Shown here one piece after another: positions 57,214 to 64,000 of a DNA stretch of 64,000 nucleotides. The DNA lies in NCBI GenBank assembly GCA_016929445.1, contig JAFGIU010000057.1:3867-67866 (forward strand), in the 5' to 3' direction. The stretch comes from Candidatus Omnitrophota bacterium. Its GTDB lineage: Bacteria; Omnitrophota; Gorgyraeia; JAFGIU01. The notes under the pieces were generated by a model. It was not told the origin of the DNA. It did not search any database and saw nothing but the letters and a program-made list of their open reading frames with translations. Position numbers and translations under genes: made by a program. Every line of letters begins with the position of its first letter. Position 1 is the first letter of the stretch.

Positions 57214-59053
57214 TCTCTTTACACTCTGGATTTGGCTCGTATTTTACGAGCTGGGTCGTTTTGTCCTCAACCGGTTCAGGTTCTCTCCTGCTCCGGAAAT
57301 CCAAACACTGAGCTTTGCAGGCCTGGGCTTTCTGCTCTTTTCCCTGCTCACCCTCGGTCTCGGCCTCCTGGGAGGCTTTCATATCCCCGTCTTTCGATCT
57401 CTCTACGCGGCGGGCTGGACCGGACTCTGCCTGCGATGGGCTCAGCGCTCCCTCCCCTATTTGTTAAGGAAGAAGCCGCTTTGCCTAAAGCTGCCTCCCG
57501 CTGCCTGGGGCTGGACCCTGATTTTCTTGCTCTTTGCCTTACAAGCTTACTTGTCCTTTGGCCCGCCCATTGGCAGGGATGCTCTCAACTATCATCTCAC
57601 TTTGCCGCAGTTCTACCTGCAAACCGGGGGTATTGCCCTCATGCCCCAGAATCTGTACTCCAGCTTCCCCCAATCTCTGGAAATGGTCTATACCTGGGCC
57701 CTGGCCCTTGCCCCGGACTACTCGCCCAAACTTCTGCACACGCTCATGGGCCTTGCCTGCGCGCTCACACTTTTTGCCGCTTTGAGAAAACGCTGCCCCG
57801 ACGGCATCGCCCTTCTGGCAACGAGTCTATTCTATTCCACTCCTTTGCTCGGCCAAATAGGACCTTGGGCTTATGTGGATCTGGCCTTGGCCTGGGCCGA
57901 GCTCCTCGCCCTGCTCTATGTGTTGGACTGGATGGAAAACGCCAATCCGCAGCGTCTTTGCATAGCCGGCGCTTTCACGGGATTGGCCCTAGGCGTCAAA
58001 TACTTGGGCATGCGGCTCCTGCTGATGCTGCCGCTTCTCGTCCTGGCCTACACATTCAATGAACGAAAATCCTTTAAAGAGACTTTTAAGCTCCTCGGCC
58101 TGTTTCTGTTGCCCGCCCTGGTCTTGGGAGCCCCCTGGTATCTCAAAAACCTGGCCTTTACCGGGAATCCCATCATGCCCTTCTTGTATTCCGTGTTCGG
58201 CGGGCCGGACTGGGATGCAGAACGCGCCGCCCTCTTTGCTCAATTTCTCAGAACCTATGGCTTTGGAACCCGAGTCCCGGACCTGCTGCTATTGCCCTGG
58301 CGGCTGAGCGCGTACGGTACCGAAGGGATTGCTCACTTTGACGGCTGGATCGGCCCCGGATACTTGCTCATGACTCCCGCCCTGTTAGGCATCGGTCGAG
58401 TGGCGCGCCCAATACGCTTTGTCGCGCTCTATGCAGGCCTCTCTTTTGCGCTCTGGACCGGGATGAGCCAACAAGCCCGCCTGCTGTTGCCGGGCCTTGC
58501 AATCTTTGCGCTGGGCTGGGGCCCTTGTTTCAGAGAATTCCGCGCAGCTTGGCCGCGAGCGGCACAGTGGCTGGGGATCGTACTCGCACTCACCTGCGTT
58601 TGGAACATTGGCCCCACTCTGGCTCGCGCCATTAACGACGGGCCCGCCCCTATTTGGAAGAGGGAAGTTTCACGCGAGCACTGGCTCGCGTCCAGGCTGC
58701 CCAGCTACACAGCTGTCAATCACATGAATCGAAACCTGCCTCACGACGCCCGCGTGCTCTTTGTGCACTTGGGGAATATCGCCTACTATGCGAATCGTTC
58801 GTATATTGAAGATCCGCTTTTCCAGGAGCACACGCTTCTGGAAAACATCCGCCACAGCGCTTCAGATTCCGGTCTGGCAATGGCGCTCTCCCAAGATGGG
58901 GTGACTCACCTACTTATCAACGAGCAGGCCTGGGCCGAGTTCGGAGCACCGGAACTCAGCAAGGCTGAAGCAGAGCGCTTCCAAAGGTTTCGGGACAACC
59001 ACCTCAAACCCCTTGCAGGCGACGGGACTTATTACTTGTATGAGCTAAGTTAA
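57176..59053 (+). CDS. ArnT-like GT-C membrane glycosyltransferase (only supported plus-strand gene)
   Basis: DALNYHL..P, AYVD, GLALGVKY, PWYLKN..TGNP, QQARLLLP and GVTHLLI, with many TM helices. Confidence 0.85.
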   Translation: MASSTIGSFSSGILFTLWIWLVFYELGRFVLNRFRFSPAPEIQTLSFAGLGFLLFSLLTLGLGLLGGFHIPVFRSLYAAGWTGLCLRWAQRSLPYLLRKKPLCLKLPPAAWGWTLIFLLFALQAYLSFGPPIGRDALNYHLTLPQFYLQTGGIALMPQNLYSSFPQSLEMVYTWALALAPDYSPKLLHTLMGLACALTLFAALRKRCPDGIALLATSLFYSTPLLGQIGPWAYVDLALAWAELLALLYVLDWMENANPQRLCIAGAFTGLALGVKYLGMRLLLMLPLLVLAYTFNERKSFKETFKLLGLFLLPALVLGAPWYLKNLAFTGNPIMPFLYSVFGGPDWDAERAALFAQFLRTYGFGTRVPDLLLLPWRLSAYGTEGIAHFDGWIGPGYLLMTPALLGIGRVARPIRFVALYAGLSFALWTGMSQQARLLLPGLAIFALGWGPCFREFRAAWPRAAQWLGIVLALTCVWNIGPTLARAINDGPAPIWKREVSREHWLASRLPSYTAVNHMNRNLPHDARVLFVHLGNIAYYANRSYIEDPLFQEHTLLENIRHSASDSGLAMALSQDGVTHLLINEQAWAEFGAPELSKAEAERFQRFRDNHLKPLAGDGTYYLYELS

Positions 59054-59060
59054 ATAAGCC

Positions 59061-59277
59061 GTCATCCCGAGCCGCCATAACTTGTGGCGGAGAAGGGATC
59101 TGTGTTCCGTAAAGATCACCGTGTCGCGGAGTTTACCCTGAGCCCGGCCGAAGGGTTCCTCGTGATGACGGACTCTGCTCCGCAGCGGGTGTCGAGCACC
59201 TAGCAGTTCCGCCAACCTCACCGATAGTAACCGCTTCTTCAAACCCGAATATGCTGGTTGACCGGGTGCCTGACACC
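59061..59277. repeat. REP-like elements between convergent genes
   Basis: GTCATCCCGAG...CTCGTGATGAC at 59061-59169 and GGTGCCTGACACC at 59265-59277. Confidence 0.7.
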
Positions 59278-59291
59278 CAAAAAGCTCAGTT

Positions 59292-59331
59292 AAAAACGAA
59301 AAAGGGGAGAAGGCAATGCCTTCTCCCCTTT
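59292..59331 (-). terminator. Intrinsic terminator after the major pilins
   Basis: Minus strand AAAGGGGAGAAGGCA-T-TGCCTTCTCCCCTTTTTCGTTTTT. Confidence 0.88.
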
Positions 59332-59352
59332 CGACTCCCCCCTCCAAACCGG

Positions 59353-59685
59353 TCAACCGGTAGTTACCTTATTGACCACGCCTGTTCCGGAGGCATAAGT
59401 GTAAGAGTACGGCGAATCAAAGGTCGGAACCTGAGCATCAGCAAACAAACTGGTCATAATGGTCGCTGGAAAGGTGGCACCCGATGCCAAAGTCGCGGCG
59501 GTCTCACCATAATAACTGCCTACTGCCGTCCGCATATTCCCCACATTCCCTTCTGCAGCAGCGTTGGACGCCTCATCCCTCAATTCGACAAATCTAGGAA
59601 TTGCCACAGCGGCCAAGATACCGAGAATAACAATCACCATGACCAATTCGATCAATGTAAACCCTTCAGCCGGTCTCATATCCAC
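59353..59685 (-). CDS. Type IV pilin, second tandem copy
   Basis: EG|FTLIELVMVIVILGILAAVAIPRF; about 102 aa mature; close paralog of the upstream pilin. Confidence 0.92.
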   Translation of the reverse strand: MDMRPAEGFTLIELVMVIVILGILAAVAIPRFVELRDEASNAAAEGNVGNMRTAVGSYYGETAATLASGATFPATIMTSLFADAQVPTFDSPYSYTYASGTGVVNKVTTG

Positions 59686-59712
59686 ACCCCAGGCTCGACT
59701 CGGCCATACTGT

Positions 59713-60048
59713 TTAACCGTTTGTACCCTTGGTCACAACACCGGTACCCGAGCTATAACTGTACGTGTACGGTGATTCAAAGGTCGGAACTGTACCATCG
59801 GCAAATAATGATGTCGCCATCGCCGCCGGGAAAGTCGCACCCGATGTCAATGTAGCGGCTGTCTCAGCATAGTAGCCGCTTACGGCTGTTCTCATACCAC
59901 CAATACTTCCCTCAGCAGAGGCATTACGCGCTTCATCCTGCAAACTTACAAAACGCGGAATCGCCACAGCGGCCAGGATACCGAGAATAACGATAACCAT
60001 GACCAGCTCGATGAGGGTGAAACCTGATCTTTTTTGCATCCGTATCAC
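59713..60048 (-). CDS. pilA: Major type IV pilin (PilA/MshA-like)
   Basis: SG|FTLIELVMVIVILGILAAVAIPRF. GGAGG RBS precedes GTG 60048 (ATG 60039 is an alternative). Lies directly downstream of a sigma-54 promoter and the pilSR-like genes. Confidence 0.9.
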   Translation of the reverse strand: MIRMQKRSGFTLIELVMVIVILGILAAVAIPRFVSLQDEARNASAEGSIGGMRTAVSGYYAETAATLTSGATFPAAMATSLFADGTVPTFESPYTYSYSSGTGVVTKGTNG

Positions 60049-60139
60049 CTTGCACCTCCAGCGGTTGATTTGTACCCTTGATACCCACAGCCCTGCCCGT
60101 TCCAATGGGGACAGAATAGGAGTTCAGGTTATGTAAGGT

Positions 60140-60156
60140 AGCAAGCTATGTGCCAA
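60140..60156 (-). promoter_or_regulatory. Sigma-54 promoter of the pilin genes
   Basis: Minus strand TTGGCACATAGCTTGCT matches the consensus TGGCAC-N5-TTGC exactly. Confidence 0.9.
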
Positions 60157-60262
60157 TTTTGAGAATGTGTTCTTCTTTTTCAGTAGGGTCTATTGTGATT
60201 TATGTTAAGGGCTTTCTTAGAGAGTTTAACCTGATGTGTATCAATGAACTTCCGGGAAAGAC

Positions 60263-60280
60263 ATTACTCAGATGGGTAAT
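60263..60280. promoter_or_regulatory. Candidate PilR upstream activator site
   Basis: Imperfect palindrome ATTACTCAGATGGGTAAT about 110 bp upstream of the -24 box, with an IHF-like TATCAA box in between. Confidence 0.4.
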
Positions 60281-60283
60281 CGC

Positions 60284-61687
60284 TTACCCGTTTTCCGGAT
60301 TGTCCTCGTCCCCCTTCTCAAAGAGATTATACTTCTTCATCTTGTTGTGCAGGCTCTTGCGGCTAATACCCAACTCCTCCGCAGCACGCGTCCGGCTACC
60401 CCGCACGCGTCCCAGGGCCTCTGCAATCGCCCTTTTTTCCACTTGAGCCACGACATCCTCGAGCATTTCCCTGAGAGGACGCGACGGGTCCACATTCGAA
60501 AGATCCAAACCCGGCTTTGGTTTCGTCTTGCGCAGCAAATCCGGCAAATCTTCAAGACCCAATTCTTCACACTTGGCCAGCACTATAGCCTGCTGCAAAA
60601 CATTCTCGAGCTCGCGCACATTGCCGGGCCAGTCATAGTTCATCAGCACTTCAACCGCTTCAAGAGTAATGTGGTGTATCCGGCGATTCAGCGCTCCGTT
60701 ATACTGGGAGATTAGGTGATCTAAAAGCTGGGGGATATCTTCGCGGCGATCCCTCAAACTGGGAATCCTCAAGGGAACCACGCTCAACCGGTAAAAGAGG
60801 TCCCCGCGAAAGTTCCCTTTTTCGACTTCGGCCTCCAGATTCTTGTGTGTGGCGGCGATAATCCGCACATCCACCTGAACCGGCCCGGTCCCTCCGACCC
60901 GCACATATTCCTTTTCCTGGAGCACACGCAACAACTTGGCTTGGGTAAAAAGACTCATGTCGCTGACTTCATCGAGAAACAGCGTCCCCCCTTCGGCCAG
61001 CTCAAACTTGCCGGGCTTTGCGGATTCTGCGCCGGTAAAAGCCCCCTTCTCATGGCCGAAGAGTTCACTTTCCAAGAGAGTCTCGGGAATCGCAGAACAG
61101 TTGAGGCCCACAAAAGGCCTGTTTGCCCTAGCTCCTTCGCGATGAATCGCGCGCGCGACCAACTCTTTCCCTGTACCGCTCTCGCCCTGAATGAGAATCG
61201 TGACATCCGTATCAGCCAAAGTCGCAATCATCTCCCGCACTCGCGTCATGCCCATCCCGGTTCCGACAATCTCCCCGCCAACCAGAAAGTCCCCGCCAAC
61301 CAACGTATTTGTCTGCCCTATGGCCCGGGCCACCGACTCGCGGATCTTGCTCAACTCAAAGGGCTTGGTCAGGTACTCCACCGTCACCTTCCCCAGTTCG
61401 CCGGTCGGCATGCGCTCCTGTCCGTGGGCTGTGATCACAATGGATGAAAAATGTTCCCGGATACGGCTCATCTCCTCCAGGGCGTCCAAACCGCTCATTC
61501 CCGGCATGCGAATATCCGTGACCACGACCTTATAAGGAAAACGGCGCATCTCTTCCAAGGCTTCTTCGCCCGAGGATGTGAGCACTACTTCATATCCCAC
61601 CTTCTGCAGGGCATCCCGCAGGTACAGACGCATCCCCTCTTCATCGTCCACCACCAGAACTTTTTCTCTATCTTCGGCTTTGCTCAT
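60284..61687 (-). CDS. pilR: NtrC-family sigma-54 response regulator, PilR-like
   Basis: Receiver domain (VVDDE, TDIRMP, KPF), [22 protein letters not shown] and Fis HTH; adjacent to the pilin sigma-54 promoter. Confidence 0.88.
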   Translation of the reverse strand: MSKAEDREKVLVVDDEEGMRLYLRDALQKVGYEVVLTSSGEEALEEMRRFPYKVVVTDIRMPGMSGLDALEEMSRIREHFSSIVITAHGQERMPTGELGKVTVEYLTKPFELSKIRESVARAIGQTNTLVGGDFLVGGEIVGTGMGMTRVREMIATLADTDVTILIQGESGTGKELVARAIHREGARANRPFVGLNCSAIPETLLESELFGHEKGAFTGAESAKPGKFELAEGGTLFLDEVSDMSLFTQAKLLRVLQEKEYVRVGGTGPVQVDVRIIAATHKNLEAEVEKGNFRGDLFYRLSVVPLRIPSLRDRREDIPQLLDHLISQYNGALNRRIHHITLEAVEVLMNYDWPGNVRELENVLQQAIVLAKCEELGLEDLPDLLRKTKPKPGLDLSNVDPSRPLREMLEDVVAQVEKRAIAEALGRVRGSRTRAAEELGISRKSLHNKMKKYNLFEKGDEDNPENG

Positions 61688-61689
61688 CC

Positions 61690-63162
61690 TCAACCTTTGT
61701 TCTGAGACTGCAACGGCAGTGTCACTGTAAAATTTGTGCCTTGCCCTTCCACGCTCGTCACCTGGATCTCTCCCCCATGATGGTTTACATTTCTTTGGGC
61801 AATGGCCAAACCCAATCCCGTTCCTCCCGTGCGGGTGGAAAAGAAGGGTTCAAAAATCTTGTCGAGTCTTTCCGCAGGAATCCCGAAGCCTGTATCCCGG
61901 ATCTCCACCTGGGCCTTTGCCCCTTCGTCGATGGCCCGGGTTTTCAAGGTCAGGATACCGCCATCAGGCATGGCATGGGCGGCATTCAATACAATATTCA
62001 AGAAAGCCTGCTGAAGCAAATCCAGATTCCCATACAGCTTGGCCGCCTCTTGCTTGTACTCCCGGACAATAGAAATTCGCTCCTTCCCCAACTCCTTGAG
62101 TCCGGCTAAGAGCAAACAGTGGTCCAGCAGCTTGTGCAGGTCTAAGGCCTCGTGAACTTTCTCCTCGGGCTCAGGGCGTGAAAGACGCAGCAATCGTTCT
62201 ACCAAAAGATTGACCCGGTCCACTTCCTTTAGAAGCAAACCCACGTACCGTCTATTCGGCGCATCCTCGGGCATGTCCTCGCCGATAAGCTCCACAAAGC
62301 CCTTGATCGACCCCAGCGGATTGCGGATTTCATGCGCCAGATTGGCAGCCAGTTCCCCCAATCCCACGAGCTTGTCCAGACTGGCCATACGCCGGTTTTC
62401 TTCCTCAAGTTCATTGAGGTCTTTTAGGTGAATGGCCACGCCCACAACCGTGTCGTCCTCGCGCTTCAGCAAAGCGGTGTTGAGTTTGACAGAGACCGAG
62501 CGGCCTTCCGCAGTATGCAAGGTCATGTCCGAGGACTTATTGACACGCCCTCCTTTCATGGCCCAGTCCAGAACTTCATAGAAGGGAGCGTTCTCTTGGA
62601 TCTTGGGAAAGACTTCGGAAATTTTCTTGCCCACCGCGCTTTGTGAGTCCGCGCCCAAAATCAAACGCGCAGTGGTGGGATTCATGGCCACAACACGCCC
62701 CTTCTGGTTCAAACTCAAGAACCCGCTCCCCAATCCCTGGAGAATGTGCCGGTTCACGGACACAAGGATCTCGTCAAAGGCCGCTCCCACCGAACCGATT
62801 TCGTCCGTCCGCAGCATACCCAGGGTCTGGGTTAGGTCCCCTCCGGAAACGCGTTCAGCTGCGGTAATCATGTGGCGCAAAGGCAGGGTGATGCCGTAGG
62901 CCAAACCTGCGCCGATAATCAAGGAGATAAACAGACTCGAAATAAGCAGGGTCTTTAGGCGGTCCATGGCCCTGGCAAGCTCCGCAGCGCCTGCCGGGGC
63001 CGCGCCGCTGGACACAAAGGAATCAAAGACACCCAGGTAGATGATCCCATAGCCAAAAACCAAGGCAGCAATGGTCAGAGGAATCGCAACGGTAAGACTG
63101 ATATAGACGCGTTTACCGCGAAGGCTGGAATAGAGGGGGCTGGAAACGTATCTCGCGGGCAT
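61690..63162 (-). CDS. Sensor histidine kinase (2 TM-HAMP-PAS-HisKA-HATPase), PilS/AtoS-like
   Basis: LAHEIRNPL, NIVLNA, DTGFGI, FEPFFST, GTGLGL. Confidence 0.92.
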   Translation of the reverse strand: MPARYVSSPLYSSLRGKRVYISLTVAIPLTIAALVFGYGIIYLGVFDSFVSSGAAPAGAAELARAMDRLKTLLISSLFISLIIGAGLAYGITLPLRHMITAAERVSGGDLTQTLGMLRTDEIGSVGAAFDEILVSVNRHILQGLGSGFLSLNQKGRVVAMNPTTARLILGADSQSAVGKKISEVFPKIQENAPFYEVLDWAMKGGRVNKSSDMTLHTAEGRSVSVKLNTALLKREDDTVVGVAIHLKDLNELEEENRRMASLDKLVGLGELAANLAHEIRNPLGSIKGFVELIGEDMPEDAPNRRYVGLLLKEVDRVNLLVERLLRLSRPEPEEKVHEALDLHKLLDHCLLLAGLKELGKERISIVREYKQEAAKLYGNLDLLQQAFLNIVLNAAHAMPDGGILTLKTRAIDEGAKAQVEIRDTGFGIPAERLDKIFEPFFSTRTGGTGLGLAIAQRNVNHHGGEIQVTSVEGQGTNFTVTLPLQSQNKG

Positions 63163-63168
63163 GCGTCC

Positions 63169-63999
63169 TCAGGTCTGGGACCGGGCATTCACCCAGCGGT
63201 CCAACGCCTGGGCTGTCTCCGAGTCCAGATCTAAAAACTCCACGCCTAGGACATAGGGATCTGAACCGTCCTTGGCCGGAAAGCTTCTGGAAGCATGGGC
63301 CACTCGCGCCATCGCGCACACAGGGGCCGGCCCGCCCCAATCGCGCTGGGCCGCCAAATCCAAGGTCACCTTCACAGGCGTGCCCTTAGGCAGAAAGACC
63401 GCTGTGCGCACGGAAACCCCCTTGGCACTGAGATCTTCGGTGTAAGCTTGGACAGGACCGTCGGTAATCAATCGAATTGAGTGGTCGGTGAACTCCAAAG
63501 TCGCTGGATTCACGAAAGGCACGCGCGTGGATTCCCGCGTTTGCGGGGAACCCGGAGCAACGGAACCTTCATAATAAGAAAAGGCATCCAGCGGCGGCCC
63601 CGGACTTCCGTAAATGGCGTCCAGCGCCGAAAAAACCTGTCTTCCCGAGGCAATCACCGCCTCCACATCGAGCTGGGAACTGCGCCGGATCTCATCCAGC
63701 GCCGAAAGATTCAAGGGATTGGCCATGGCCACATAGAGCGTTCCCTCCACTTCAAAGAGCGGAGCAGCCAAAAACTCACGGGCCAAGTGTTCGGGAACAT
63801 ATTGGGAAAGGTTCAGACCCAAGCGGTAGGCGGAAAGGTCCACATAGGGCACAGATAGCTGGGCTCCGAAAAAACACGCCAGCTGTTCCTGGTTTAGAAG
63901 GCCTGAACGGACAAGTTCCGCCCAAATAGAACGCTCGCTGTTGCGCGCGCTCCATCGAACTTCATCCAGTTGCTGCCGGGTCAGAAGACCCGATTCAAT
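63169..63999 (-). CDS. MshEN (T2SSE_N) - PilZ fusion protein, 5' end outside the window
   Basis: The frame is open to the window end (IESGLLTRQQLDE...LVRSGLLNQEQL...VPYVDL), then LYVAMANPLN, then PilZ motifs RESTR (RxxxR) and DLSAKG (DxSxxG). Confidence 0.85.
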   Translation of the reverse strand: MESGLLTRQQLDEVRWSARNSERSIWAELVRSGLLNQEQLACFFGAQLSVPYVDLSAYRLGLNLSQYVPEHLAREFLAAPLFEVEGTLYVAMANPLNLSALDEIRRSSQLDVEAVIASGRQVFSALDAIYGSPGPPLDAFSYYEGSVAPGSPQTRESTRVPFVNPATLEFTDHSIRLITDGPVQAYTEDLSAKGVSVRTAVFLPKGTPVKVTLDLAAQRDWGGPAPVCAMARVAHASRSFPAKDGSDPYVLGVEFLDLDSETAQALDRWVNARSQT

Positions 64000-64000
64000 A

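Noticed and set aside
56707-58062. 451-aa plus-strand ORF and other long antisense ORFs (for example 51619-52893, 20910-22064, 11218-12258)
   Set aside because: They overlap well-supported genes and show no recognisable motifs; such ORFs are expected in GC-rich sequence.
59353-60048. Electrically conductive (e-pilin) interpretation of the short pilins
   Set aside because: About 10 of 102 residues are aromatic, but position 27 is Leu and there is a 25-residue aromatic-free gap; no cytochrome genes are in the window.

Overview
This is a GC-rich bacterial chromosomal window in which every supported gene but one lies on the minus strand. Gene content (giant secreted protein, type IV pilus genes, many TPR-bearing GT-C enzymes) resembles Ca. 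Omnitrophota/PVC-type genomes, but taxonomy cannot be fixed from the sequence. Read in transcription direction (right to left), the window holds: an MshEN-PilZ protein cut by the window edge; a PilS/PilR-like pair; a sigma-54 promoter driving two tandem short Ser/Thr-rich major pilins; a ~27 kb glycosylation island (10 GT-C-fold membrane enzymes, GT2-methyltransferase and GT9-methyltransferase fusions, 2 radical SAM enzymes); minor pilins fimT, pilV, pilW and a very short pilX with an interposed GDP-sugar enzyme; three paralogous secreted beta-helix proteins that look like detached C-terminal halves of PilX, two of them with histidine ladders; a fused membrane spermidine-synthase-like protein; a pilus machine operon (pilM-N fusion, pilO, pilP-like, secretin, coiled coil, TPR, pilC); DUF3307 plus a GAF sigma-54 activator; and a small HTH gene. 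At the left end a sigma-54 promoter, c-di-GMP-I riboswitch and terminator precede a FecR/Ig-repeat surface protein of >2139 aa that is missing from the supplied ORF track. Several REP-like palindrome families fill the intergenic gaps. All calls come from reading motifs by eye; no database search was run.
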